64,000 nt of DNA from Angelakisella sp. (lineage in GTDB: Bacteria; Bacillota; Clostridia; Oscillospirales; Ruminococcaceae), in the NCBI GenBank assembly GCA_022794295.1, contig JAAWEO010000001.1, positions 6,969 through 70,968 of the forward strand, read 5' to 3'. Position 1 is the stretch's first letter; each line of letters opens with the position of its first letter. Both the position numbers and the translations under genes were made by a program. The notes under the pieces were generated by a model, which saw nothing but the letters and a program-made list of their open reading frames with translations, had not been told where the DNA came from and did not search any database. Shown here in pieces: positions 49,759 through 59,357 of this stretch.

Positions 49759-50436
49759 ATGAACCTTTTTGAAAGAATGGATGCCTTTTACGGCAGCGAG
49801 GACAGAGGAAAAGAAAGCGATCCCCTGCTCTCCATCCTCCGGCTGGCAAAAAGAATCCGTCTGAGCCTTGGCCCCAAGGGTTACCTGCTGGACAATTATC
49901 TCGACCTTGTTCTGCAGGGATTGGATATGGGCATCACTTCCGAAGCTGTGGAAGAGGGTCTCGAAACAGCGAATCGCTTTCAACGGCATATCGTATCCTG
50001 CGTTGTAGAAGGGAAGGAGCCGGAAACGCCCAACCCGCTCTATAACCGGGTAAAGGCGCTCTACAAGCAGCATGATGAGTTACAGGCATTTCAGGAACAC
50101 CACACAAGGATATACCTTCTTACCCTGCTGGCAGAAGAAACGCTCATGGAATATGTTGTTTCTGAATTTGCGGCGAAGCAGGAGATCTACCGTCTTGGCT
50201 CCGGCGATATTGCCACTCTGCGAGAGCTTTATGATAAGATCATCTGCGTTGTTGACGAATCGCAGATGGAGGAACTCAACCGCCGGCTGCGGCAGCGGTT
50301 CCAAAGCACCTCGCTGTTCGCGGCCTTTTTGCAGGGCTGTGCCAATGAACTGCTTTATCAGCTCACCTGCCGGGATGAGGAAACCAGCAGACAAATATTC
50401 CAGCTTCTGCTGGATCATCTCCCGGAAGAAAGCTGA
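49759..50436 (+). CDS. Hypothetical protein, opposite to tra operon orientation
   Basis: 225-aa ORF from MNLFERM filling the gap between tra genes. Confidence 0.6.
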   Translation: MNLFERMDAFYGSEDRGKESDPLLSILRLAKRIRLSLGPKGYLLDNYLDLVLQGLDMGITSEAVEEGLETANRFQRHIVSCVVEGKEPETPNPLYNRVKALYKQHDELQAFQEHHTRIYLLTLLAEETLMEYVVSEFAAKQEIYRLGSGDIATLRELYDKIICVVDESQMEELNRRLRQRFQSTSLFAAFLQGCANELLYQLTCRDEETSRQIFQLLLDHLPEES

Positions 50437-50446
50437 TGATCTGTTT

Positions 50447-50602
50447 TTAGATGGTATGCTTGACCCTATCCTTTTCCTCCGCCTGTTTTGCGCTGTTGAA
50501 GCGGTCGGTAGTCCCCACCAGATACCCGGTAATACGGCGGATACGCTCAAATTTAACACCCTGCCCAACCCTGTCAGTTTTATCAGAGGTTCGAATAGCC
50601 AT
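50447..50602 (-). CDS. Stand-alone class III RNR (NrdD) glycyl-radical C-terminal domain
   Basis: RIRRITGYLVG...RFNSAKQAEEKDRVKH; AAGGAG RBS. Confidence 0.78.
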   Translation of the reverse strand: MAIRTSDKTDRVGQGVKFERIRRITGYLVGTTDRFNSAKQAEEKDRVKHTI

Positions 50603-50621
50603 GCTGATCTCCTTCTTTCGC

Positions 50622-50954
50622 TTAGATGCCCAAAATCGTCCAGATGTAGGTGGGAGCGGTGAGGGAAAAGATAAGCCCCGCAAACAGAATGGCGGCAGGT
50701 GTCCATTCGATCTGACCATGCTTGCGGTAGTCGAGGTACAGCCCGCCGATCTTGACAAACAACAAAATGGCCAGGATCATATCCAGCGCCGGAAAGACCA
50801 CCTTGTTGACCACCGTCTTGATTTGCTGGGCGGCAGACCGCCAGGTTTGTTCGAACACCCCGGCCACATTCCCGGTGGTAGCATAGGCCACCGTTGCCAT
50901 TGCCACAATAAGAACAACTGCCAAAACCAGAGCAAAAAGTTTCTTCTTTTTCAT
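50622..50954 (-). CDS. VirB2-like pilin (DUF3852-like)
   Basis: Signal peptide plus two TM segments; QIKTVVNKVVFP. Confidence 0.7.
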   Translation of the reverse strand: MKKKKLFALVLAVVLIVAMATVAYATTGNVAGVFEQTWRSAAQQIKTVVNKVVFPALDMILAILLFVKIGGLYLDYRKHGQIEWTPAAILFAGLIFSLTAPTYIWTILGI

Positions 50955-50974
50955 CAGCAAAACCTCCCTTCAAC

Positions 50975-51298
50975 TTAACCCATCTGCATACTGAGATCCG
51001 CTTTCTGCCGGGGCGGCTCCGGCTGGGCCTGGGCCGCTGTCTGGTGATGCTCCAGCGCCTGATGGTAAGCGGTCACTGCTGCCTCGGTCATCTGCTGGCG
51101 CAGCCCGGCGGTGGTGGGAAAGCAGATGTCCACATACCCGCTCCGCCCCTTATAGCTGGGGAAATTTACAAACAGGCCGTTTTTCCCTTCCATGAGCCGA
51201 AGCCCCCGGATGGCGAAGCAGTCATCCAGTGTGGCGGACAGCCGGGCCAGACACTTGCCCTCCTGCTCCAGCGACTGCACCTTCATGTCAATTTTCAT
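50975..51298 (-). CDS. SpoVG-family nucleic-acid-binding protein
   Basis: FAIRGLRLMEGKNGLFVNFPS...YVDICFP. Confidence 0.85.
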   Translation of the reverse strand: MKIDMKVQSLEQEGKCLARLSATLDDCFAIRGLRLMEGKNGLFVNFPSYKGRSGYVDICFPTTAGLRQQMTEAAVTAYHQALEHHQTAAQAQPEPPRQKADLSMQMG

Positions 51299-51310
51299 CT
51301 TGTCCTCCTT

Positions 51311-51802
51311 TTACATCACAACAGGCATAAAGCCTTCTTCATCCAGATACCAGAACTCCGAGCCGCTCTCATCGTACAGCTCCACCACATCGGAAACGGA
51401 CAGCCGGTGGCCGGTGTAGCCCTTGGGGAGTTTCTCCTCATTGAAAACCTCGTACAGCTGGTTGAGGTCATCGGTATCCAGCCGCCCATCGAAAACTACC
51501 CGGTAGTCCTCCGGGGTGATCCCTCCATACCGCTGGTACAACAGGGCATAACAGATGAACTTCTTCTCCAGCGTGGTCTGGGGCTTCATCTGGTGTACCC
51601 GCACCTTCCGAGGCAGGGGCTTCTTTTCCTCCTCTGCTAAGAGTTTCTGCGCCAGCCCCGGCTCATAGCGCATTTTTGCTCCCCGGTAGGCCAAGTTGTG
51701 CGAGACCTCCCCGGCCCAAAAGTCCTCGTCCAGCACAGCGGTATCCCCATCGAAATACCCGATGGCGATGCCGCCCTGGTGGATCAGCTGACGCTCCATC
51801 AT
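51311..51802 (-). CDS. YodL-domain protein
   Basis: LYEVFN...YTGHRLSVSDVVEL...YLD..GF. Confidence 0.8.
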   Translation of the reverse strand: MMERQLIHQGGIAIGYFDGDTAVLDEDFWAGEVSHNLAYRGAKMRYEPGLAQKLLAEEEKKPLPRKVRVHQMKPQTTLEKKFICYALLYQRYGGITPEDYRVVFDGRLDTDDLNQLYEVFNEEKLPKGYTGHRLSVSDVVELYDESGSEFWYLDEEGFMPVVM

Positions 51803-52371
51803 GCGTTGCTCCCTCCTTTGTATTCGTAGCTGCCGGTGACAGGATCGAAGATAAGGCCGTAGTCCGCGGCCCTGCCGCCGAGGATGTCCAGCGACTTCTC
51901 CACCGCCGCCCTTGTGCCGGGGGTAGGCACAAATTCGATGGTGGCTTCGCCATCCCGAAACTGCACAGCTCCCACGCTGCTCCCTACATCCTCACTGGCC
52001 CAAAGGTAATCCAGTGTTAGTTCCTTGAACACCAGTGACAGCTTACGGACAAGCTCCCGCACATCCCTGTCCTCGGTATCGAAGCGGATCGTAGAGCCGC
52101 CATCGTACTCCTTGGCGGACTTTTCCGGGCGGAGGACATTCTGGGGCGTTCCCCAATGGGTCAGGCACCAACCCCGCGAACAGTTTTCCTCGCCGTACTT
52201 TTCCAGCAGAGCAAGGTTGGTGGGCTGTCGGTAGACCCAGGGCGGCATGGGGGTGATACGGTTAAAGTCCATGCTTCCCCGTCCGTATCGCCGGTCTGCG
52301 ATGAAATCCAGCAGGGCGGCGGCTTTCGCCCCGCCACCTTGGACATTCAGAACATTTCTTACTGTGGGCAT
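51799..52371 (-). CDS. DUF1281/YubB-like hypothetical protein
   Basis: DFNRITPMP, WC..HWGT, IRFDT, WASED.G. Confidence 0.6.
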   Translation of the reverse strand: MPTVRNVLNVQGGGAKAAALLDFIADRRYGRGSMDFNRITPMPPWVYRQPTNLALLEKYGEENCSRGWCLTHWGTPQNVLRPEKSAKEYDGGSTIRFDTEDRDVRELVRKLSLVFKELTLDYLWASEDVGSSVGAVQFRDGEATIEFVPTPGTRAAVEKSLDILGGRAADYGLIFDPVTGSYEYKGGSNA

Positions 52372-52445
52372 ACAAACTCCTTTCCGGGCAGAGCAAAGGG
52401 CGAGGTTCCCCCCGCCCTTTGCCCATGTCCTTTTTTCTTCTGTGC

Positions 52446-55400
52446 TTAGATGCCGGTCTTGGGCAGCTTGCCCTTGGGCTGGCCCCAGACCACAGTGATC
52501 CAGGTATCCTTGGCGGTGATCCACTCATCACCAGTCCTGCCGCCGACATCGGCCCGGTTGATGATGCGGTAGCCGGTGGTCAGATCGGCCAGAACATTCA
52601 CATAAAATACTGGCTTGGTTTCCTCATGGAATCCCGGTTGGACCGTCCCAAACTCAAACTGGATGTCAGTGACATACTCTCCGGCGGCAAGGTCAAGGGC
52701 CTCCCGGCTGCAATCTAAGGTGTGGCTGGTCTTGCTGGACAGATTGGACGCCAGGGTCCGGTAGCTGTCCTTTTTATTGGTGCAATATTCGACCGAGTAG
52801 TTCAACCGTTCGCTCCAAGTGCCGGTGACGATCTTGCTCAGGCGGACCGCATCGGTGGGCAGCTGGTCGTGGAAGTAGAATTCCTCCAAGGCGGTGTTGG
52901 AATCGTTGCGGATATTGCTGAAATCGTAGGACATGATGTCCCCGGCCAGCACCTCCATATTGCCGCGCTTCTCGATGGAAACGCTGACATTTTCGCTGAT
53001 GTTCAGCACCTCAAAACGAACGATGTCATCGTGGATTTTGAGCGTGGCATAGAACACTTTCCCGTCCAGAAGGTAATGCTCCGGGGCGGCGATTTCTTTA
53101 ATGCCATAGGTCCCCATGGGCAGGGGTTTGGTGGTAGCAACGCCCTTGCTGTCGGTGGTGATGGTATCCACTACCTCCAGCTTTTCGTTGTAGACATCGA
53201 ACACAGCCCCCTCCAGCAGAGCGCCGGCCTTGTCCTTGGTGATGGGGTTATCGTCCGCCGCCTTTTTGATGATCTGGATCTGGCCTTTCATCAGTTGGTT
53301 TTCGATGACAACTTCGGTGGTTTCCCCGGACTTCACCTCAATGGTGCGGATGGTGGGGTTTACCACATACCCGTCCGCCTTGATTTCCTTCAGCTTGTAC
53401 TTCCCGGCGGGTAAACCTTTGGAAAACTCGATGATACCCTCCTGGTCGGTGGTGTACTCACCCAAGAGGTTATTTTTTGCGTCATACAGATTGAAGGTAA
53501 CACCATAGATAGGCTCTTTGGTTTCGGCGTCGATTTTCTTGATCCGCAGAGTAGCCTTTTCCTTGTTGAGAATCTCAACAGTGCTGGTCTGGCCCCAAGC
53601 AAGAGTGACCTCCCGGACAGTCTCGTCCAGCTCATACCCCGGTAGGGCTTCTACCTCCTGCACATAAAGGGTTTCACCGCCATCCATGCCAGACAGAAGA
53701 ATCTGCCCCAGCTTGTTGGTGATGTAGGTCCCCATCTCCCTGTGCTGCTTATCGAACACTTTGACCTTTACCCCCTCCAGCGGCTGACGAGTCTCAGCGT
53801 CCAGTTTGACGATTTTGAGGACCGGATAGGGCTGGTTGCGATACTCTACCACATTTAGCTGGCCGGATTTCAGCTCGATGGTTCGAGGGGCAGGGTCGGG
53901 CTTGTAACCGTCTAAGCCCTTGACCTCGGCGATCTGCACCCAGCCTTCCTCCCGGTCGGTGATGTTGATAACGCCATCCGCATCGGTGGTGAAGGTCCCA
54001 ATAACGGCCCCGGAAATCTCAGTGACCTTGAACTGTACCCCTTCCAGCGGCTCTCCGGTCACATCATCCACCTTGCGAATCTGGAGGCCGGTGCGGGGTT
54101 TGTTGGTAAATTCCACAATAGCGGGAGTGGAGAGTTTCAGCTCCACCATTTTAGTCTCATTGCTGGCGATATAGGCAGGATTAGCCTTGACCTCCTTCAC
54201 CAAATACCAGCCGGGGACCACATCCTTGCCGGTAACGGTGACCATGCCATTAGAGCCGGTGCGGTACTCGCCCACCAGCCGTCCGTCCGAATGGGTGACC
54301 AGAAAAACGGTATCCGGGATGGGCTCGCCGGTGATAGCGTCCTTTTTGGCGATGATAAGGGGATGCTCCGGGGTGTTCTGGAGCTTAATAACGCCGTTTT
54401 CGGCTTCCTGCAAGGTAAACTCATGGACAGTATCGTCTGCCAGATACCCCGGCAGTGCCCGGACCTCTTTCACCAGATAGATCTGGTTGGGGTCTGCATC
54501 CTCCAGGACGATTTTCCCTTCTGCATTGGTGCTGAACTGCCCCAGGGATTTGCCATCTTTGATGCTGATCTCAAAGACAACGCCCTCCAGCGGCTGCAAG
54601 GTCATGCTGTCGATCTTCTCAATGGTAAGGGTGGGCTTTTTGCGGTTTTTAATGGTCAGTTCGGCGGTCTTTCCTGCCACCAGCTCCACATCGTAATGGG
54701 TATCATCAGCGGTGTAGCCGGTGGGGCAGCGGAATTCGTAGACCTCGTACCAGCCAGGCTCCAAACCTTCTGCCAGCACAGTCCCGTTGCCCCCGGTGGT
54801 CACATCCACCGATTCCCCGGTGGAGCGATTTGTGACCCGGAACACCGCGCCAGAAAGTCTCATTCCAGAATCAGCGTCGATCTTCTCAAGAAGGAGACCA
54901 GGCTTTTTGCTGTTCTTTACGGTCAGCTCCACTGTTTTGCCCTGAATGAGTTCCACATCATAGTGGGTATCATCCCCTACATATCCGGTAGGGCTGCGAA
55001 GCTCAAAAATCTCGTAATGGTCTGGATCCAAATCCTCCACCAGAACAGTCCCGTTGGAGCCAGTGGTCACATCCACATACTCGGTGGAGCCTTTGCGGGC
55101 TACCCGGAAAACGGCTCCCGGCAGACGCGCTCCGGTATCCGCGTCGATTTTTTCAATGAGCAGACCGGGCTTTTTGCTGTTCTTTACAGTCAGTTCGGAG
55201 GTCTTTCCGGGGATCAGCTCAATGTCATAATGGCCATCATCCGGGGTATACCCTGTAGGGGCGCGGAGTTCGCTGACCTCGTACCAATCCTGCTCCAAAT
55301 TCTCCAGCAGGACAGTGCCATCCGCCCCGGTAGTCACATCCACATATTCAGCGGAGCCGCGGCGGGAGACCCGGAAAGTCGCCCCCGGCAGGCGGATGCC

Positions 55401-57569
55401 GGTCTCAGCATCTACCTTCTCGATGAACAGCTTCGGCTTGGGCATATTGCGGAACACAACGGTCAAATTCCCGTACACCGCCTCCGGCTTGATAAGGACA
55501 GTCTGGGTGCTGTGTTCAGCATCCAGAAAATACCCGTAGGGCGGCTGGGATTCCACAATGGTGTAGTATTTTCCGCTCTCCAGTTTCTGCACTACCACGA
55601 TGCCGTTCTCATTGGTCTGGAAGTCCCCAAGGAACTTTGTAGTTTCGGCAGCGGTGCCCTCGTAGAGCTTGAAAACAGCATTTTGCAGGCCATGACCGTC
55701 GGTGGCATCCACCTTTTTGATGGTCAGGCCGGTCCAAGGCTCGTTCTGAAACTCTACAGTGATGGTCTCGCTGTTCCCTTCGGGGATGTTGACATTGTGG
55801 ACCTTGGTCGTCCCCTGATAATACTGGGGCGGAGATACCTCCTCCACCCGGTACTCACCGGGGATGAGGTTGGAAAAGACCGCCCGGCCATCTGCGCCGG
55901 TGGTCTCGGTAAAGGACTGCCCGGCCTCGAAGGGCGGGGTGTTGGAGCGCAGGAGGGTCGCCTTGATGGAAGCCCCTGCCAGCAGCTGCCTGGTTTGGGC
56001 GTCCTTTTTCAGTACCACCAGCTGGGACTTCTTATCGTTGGGGATGTCCAGCACCTTATGCTCGCCCTTGGCGACGGTCACATCGTAGGTGGTTTTGGCA
56101 TTCATCACATACCCGGCGGGGGCAGACAATTCCTCCACGATCAGCGACCCAGCGTAGGGCAGAGGGATATAGATTTTACCCTCTCTGTTGGTGGTCTCGG
56201 TCCAAGTCTGGGCGGAAATGCTGGGATCAGCGTACCGGATGCGGAAGGAGGCCCCCTCCAGAGCGACGCCCTTGTTCCCGGTCTCGTACTTGTAGATGGT
56301 GAGAGAGCAGGGCATTGCGGTATTGACGAAGGTCATAGTGGTTTCCCGGTCACCCTCAATGAAGTCAGCAAATTCCTCCACCTGGGGGTCACTTTCTGTT
56401 TCGGCGCTGGAGGAAGAACTGCTTTCCGCTACCACCTCGCCGGTCTCGATGTCGATGACAGTGCTGCTGGTGGTCTCGGTGACGATGGTGACAGTCCAGG
56501 TCTCCACATGGGTCACCCGGGTATAGGTGGGGGCCACCACCGCGGTCTGCGGGGTCCGGTCCAGAAGATACCCGTTGGGGGCCTTGACTTCTTTGACGGT
56601 AACGGTGGCAGGATCGTGATTATCGGCGGGATGGGTCCAAGTAAAGAGCCGCGCTCCGTTGTCCACCTCCCAGCCTTCGACGGTGGTGTGGCTGCCATCA
56701 CTGAACGCTACATCTATATCGAACAGCGCACCGTCCAAACTCTTTTCATCCTGGTCATGTTTGCGAATGGTGATCTGCCCGATACTATCGCTGTATTCGT
56801 AGGTTTTTTTGTTCCTGACCTCGGTTTCGGTGCTGGTGTCGGTCTTGACCTCTACCCGGTACTTGCCATCCTCGGTCTCAGGCGGAATGAAGGGGTCATC
56901 ATCATTATCATAGGTGAGGATCTTCTGTGTCCCGCCGCTCCATGTGATGTAGTTATACTTTACATTGGTGTAGTCAGCATCCCCATTAAAAATCTCGTCT
57001 GCAGAGGAGCGGCCGGGGCAGGCGCCCCAGGATGCCACAGAGGTACCCATAAGGTGTGCCCAAATGGCGGCTTGAGCGGCAGCGTAGTCGGCGTTGGTTT
57101 TGCCGGAATTGTGGTAATTGGCAAGGATCTGCTTGATAGCGGGATCACTGCCCTGCCCACTCTGGATATAATCCCCCTCCGGGGGAACGCCGTTCCATTC
57201 TGCGCAAAACGCCACCTTGCCATTCAGAGTGATCTTGGGCATCCCGTCTCCCAAGTAGGCCCCATTGGCAAAAACCAAGCGGTTGCTTTCCCCACTGGCC
57301 CAAGAGATAATGGAAAAGCTGGGAGAGGCGCTCCCGGAAGCGGCTCTCGCTTTTTTGGGGCCGGAAGCCGTTTTTTCGATTTGGGATAGTGCGTACTCTT
57401 GGTAAAGCTGGAGCCAATGCTTCGGTTCCTCTCCGCCGGGAGCGCCGCTGTCCATGATCTGCGGATTATCTCCCGATTCTGCCGCCAAAGCAGACACCGG
57501 CATCATTGTCACCAGCATCATTACAGACAGAAGAAAGCTGAGTACCCGTTTCAATGTTTTCTGCATCAT
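52446..57569 (-). CDS. Large surface adhesin with many SpaA/CnaB-type repeats
   Basis: Signal peptide; repeated I.K.DA.T...L.GA.F and E..AP.GY units; ends LPKTGI. Confidence 0.92.
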   Translation of the reverse strand: MMQKTLKRVLSFLLSVMMLVTMMPVSALAAESGDNPQIMDSGAPGGEEPKHWLQLYQEYALSQIEKTASGPKKARAASGSASPSFSIISWASGESNRLVFANGAYLGDGMPKITLNGKVAFCAEWNGVPPEGDYIQSGQGSDPAIKQILANYHNSGKTNADYAAAQAAIWAHLMGTSVASWGACPGRSSADEIFNGDADYTNVKYNYITWSGGTQKILTYDNDDDPFIPPETEDGKYRVEVKTDTSTETEVRNKKTYEYSDSIGQITIRKHDQDEKSLDGALFDIDVAFSDGSHTTVEGWEVDNGARLFTWTHPADNHDPATVTVKEVKAPNGYLLDRTPQTAVVAPTYTRVTHVETWTVTIVTETTSSTVIDIETGEVVAESSSSSSAETESDPQVEEFADFIEGDRETTMTFVNTAMPCSLTIYKYETGNKGVALEGASFRIRYADPSISAQTWTETTNREGKIYIPLPYAGSLIVEELSAPAGYVMNAKTTYDVTVAKGEHKVLDIPNDKKSQLVVLKKDAQTRQLLAGASIKATLLRSNTPPFEAGQSFTETTGADGRAVFSNLIPGEYRVEEVSPPQYYQGTTKVHNVNIPEGNSETITVEFQNEPWTGLTIKKVDATDGHGLQNAVFKLYEGTAAETTKFLGDFQTNENGIVVVQKLESGKYYTIVESQPPYGYFLDAEHSTQTVLIKPEAVYGNLTVVFRNMPKPKLFIEKVDAETGIRLPGATFRVSRRGSAEYVDVTTGADGTVLLENLEQDWYEVSELRAPTGYTPDDGHYDIELIPGKTSELTVKNSKKPGLLIEKIDADTGARLPGAVFRVARKGSTEYVDVTTGSNGTVLVEDLDPDHYEIFELRSPTGYVGDDTHYDVELIQGKTVELTVKNSKKPGLLLEKIDADSGMRLSGAVFRVTNRSTGESVDVTTGGNGTVLAEGLEPGWYEVYEFRCPTGYTADDTHYDVELVAGKTAELTIKNRKKPTLTIEKIDSMTLQPLEGVVFEISIKDGKSLGQFSTNAEGKIVLEDADPNQIYLVKEVRALPGYLADDTVHEFTLQEAENGVIKLQNTPEHPLIIAKKDAITGEPIPDTVFLVTHSDGRLVGEYRTGSNGMVTVTGKDVVPGWYLVKEVKANPAYIASNETKMVELKLSTPAIVEFTNKPRTGLQIRKVDDVTGEPLEGVQFKVTEISGAVIGTFTTDADGVINITDREEGWVQIAEVKGLDGYKPDPAPRTIELKSGQLNVVEYRNQPYPVLKIVKLDAETRQPLEGVKVKVFDKQHREMGTYITNKLGQILLSGMDGGETLYVQEVEALPGYELDETVREVTLAWGQTSTVEILNKEKATLRIKKIDAETKEPIYGVTFNLYDAKNNLLGEYTTDQEGIIEFSKGLPAGKYKLKEIKADGYVVNPTIRTIEVKSGETTEVVIENQLMKGQIQIIKKAADDNPITKDKAGALLEGAVFDVYNEKLEVVDTITTDSKGVATTKPLPMGTYGIKEIAAPEHYLLDGKVFYATLKIHDDIVRFEVLNISENVSVSIEKRGNMEVLAGDIMSYDFSNIRNDSNTALEEFYFHDQLPTDAVRLSKIVTGTWSERLNYSVEYCTNKKDSYRTLASNLSSKTSHTLDCSREALDLAAGEYVTDIQFEFGTVQPGFHEETKPVFYVNVLADLTTGYRIINRADVGGRTGDEWITAKDTWITVVWGQPKGKLPKTGI

Positions 57570-57616
57570 ATCTTTCCTTTCCAATAAAAATAGTCGCCCG
57601 TTTTACCGAGCGGCGC

Positions 57617-57644
57617 AAAAAAAGGAGCCGGTGAAGGCTCCTTT
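57617..57644 (-). terminator. Intrinsic terminator
   Basis: AAAGGAGCC-ggtgaa-GGCTCCTTT with a U-tract on the minus strand. Confidence 0.55.
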
Positions 57645-57667
57645 GCGATAATGGGGTCTTGTATGGG

Positions 57668-58540
57668 TCAGTCGAGGGAGAAGACCTGCACCCAGTAGAG
57701 GTTTCCGTTTTCAGCTTGATAGCAGGCCGCGCCGATGTGATAGTAGCGGTCCAGTAGGATATTGGTGCGATGGCCCTCCGAATTCATCCAAGATGTGACT
57801 TGTTCTGTCGCCGAGGATCGCTGACCGATGTTTTCCCCGCATCGGTAGACACCCACATTGGTTCCGTCCGGGCGGGTATGGCTGTACTTCTCCCGGAGTT
57901 CCTCCGCCCGTACTCTCGCCAGTTCCATGAGCTCCTCGTCTACCGCCAGCGGCTCCAGCCCATGTGTCTCCCGTTCCAGATTGGTGAGCCGGATGACCTC
58001 ATCGGCTTCCTCCAGGAGACACCCTGCGGTGTAGCTTGGCTCCGGGGCTTCTTCCGGCGTGCCCTCCCAGACATAGTTCGGGTATAGATTTTTCAGATCA
58101 AAGCCGCCGGAGGAGCCGGGAGCCTTGGGCTGAGAGGTTTTTTCCGGCGCGGGTTCCGGCTCCGGCTGAGGCGGCAGGCCCTCTTGGGGCGGTGTGCCCC
58201 CTTGGGAGGAACTGGCCTCCGGCTCCGGCTGGCTTTCCGGGGGCGCCATTGACGCTGATGGTCGGTCCACAGGTGTGTCACCCTTGTTTTGGGCGGGGGG
58301 GACTTCTGGCTGTTTGCCGGCTTCCTCCAGCTGCTTTTTCAGCTCGGCGATCTCCTGGTCTTTTTTTCTCTGTTCTTCCTCGTACTCCTTCAGCCTTTCC
58401 CGGACAGCCTCGTCTACCTCCTGCCGGATGATCTCCTCGGTGTCCGGCGCGTCCGCGGCGGATGGGGCAGCGGGGACCTGGCTCTGGCATCCCGCCAGCA
58501 GGGCAATAATGAGCAGGACAGCAGTCATTTTCTTTTTCAT
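57668..58540 (-). CDS. CAP/SCP-domain lipoprotein
   Basis: LLAGC lipobox; SHTRPDG, GENI, WMNSEGHRTNIL, YWVQVF. Confidence 0.88.
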   Translation of the reverse strand: MKKKMTAVLLIIALLAGCQSQVPAAPSAADAPDTEEIIRQEVDEAVRERLKEYEEEQRKKDQEIAELKKQLEEAGKQPEVPPAQNKGDTPVDRPSASMAPPESQPEPEASSSQGGTPPQEGLPPQPEPEPAPEKTSQPKAPGSSGGFDLKNLYPNYVWEGTPEEAPEPSYTAGCLLEEADEVIRLTNLERETHGLEPLAVDEELMELARVRAEELREKYSHTRPDGTNVGVYRCGENIGQRSSATEQVTSWMNSEGHRTNILLDRYYHIGAACYQAENGNLYWVQVFSLD

Positions 58541-58607
58541 GGCATTCTACCTCCTGCTCATAAGGATACCAGGAAAGATGAAGTAAAGCTATACCCAAAA
58601 CCACCAA

Positions 58608-59357
58608 TTAAACCTCCAAAGCCTGCACCATTAAGCGCATATTGGCCTTGCCGGTGATGCAGGTGATGAGGGTGATCCGGTTGTCCTCGGTGCGGCCAAG
58701 ATAAGACCAGTCATCCTCCACGATCTCCTTCACTTCGCTGACTTTGTACTGCCGTTCGCCGAGAGCGGTTTTATAGAAGATGGTATCGCCCTCTGTCAGC
58801 TGATGGATGTCCCGGAAATAGGCCACCGCTCCGGCGGGGGCAACATTGTGGCTGCAAAGGGCGATGTTCCCGGCCCATGCAGAAGTGGTGGCGAAATGAG
58901 CCACTCCCTTGGTCATGGATTCCATCTCGCCACCCTCCTCGGTTTCGTAGACCGGGGCGGACAGATTCAGGGAGGGGATGGTGAGGACACCCACCGCTCC
59001 GTCCTCCAAAGCAGCTTCTTCCGGCAGGGTATAGCTGTTGGTGGAGAGGGATGCTGTATTCTCCCACACCCGGGCGGGGTCGGGGAGACACTCCACCGGC
59101 TTCGCCTGGGACTTACCCGGCTGTTCGGCGGCAGGGATCACCACCACTCCATCCTCAGCAGTATAGGCTTTGTTAGTGTCCATATCAAAGGTCACTTCGC
59201 TTTCAGCAGGGGGAGCCGCCTCCGTCCGGGGAAGGGAGGTGTAGTCCTTGTGCGCCTGCCCTGCGGTAAGGCCGATTGCCACCACTGCCAGCGGAACACC
59301 CAGCAGCAGAAACCACCCGCCGAAGCGGTACCAGATCTCTTTCAGCTTTTCCTTCAT
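58608..59357 (-). CDS. Class D-like sortase
   Basis: N-terminal TM; LTIPSL, GNIALCSH, TLITC...R. Confidence 0.88.
   Translation of the reverse strand: MKEKLKEIWYRFGGWFLLLGVPLAVVAIGLTAGQAHKDYTSLPRTEAAPPAESEVTFDMDTNKAYTAEDGVVVIPAAEQPGKSQAKPVECLPDPARVWENTASLSTNSYTLPEEAALEDGAVGVLTIPSLNLSAPVYETEEGGEMESMTKGVAHFATTSAWAGNIALCSHNVAPAGAVAYFRDIHQLTEGDTIFYKTALGERQYKVSEVKEIVEDDWSYLGRTEDNRITLITCITGKANMRLMVQALEV

Noticed and set aside
49630-50073. 147-aa minus-strand ORF upstream of virB6
   Set aside because: Overlaps the longer, more protein-like plus-strand ORF; no RBS
54291-57389. 1032-aa antisense ORF opposite the adhesin, and similar shadows such as 12019-13428
   Set aside because: High-GC antisense shadow frames
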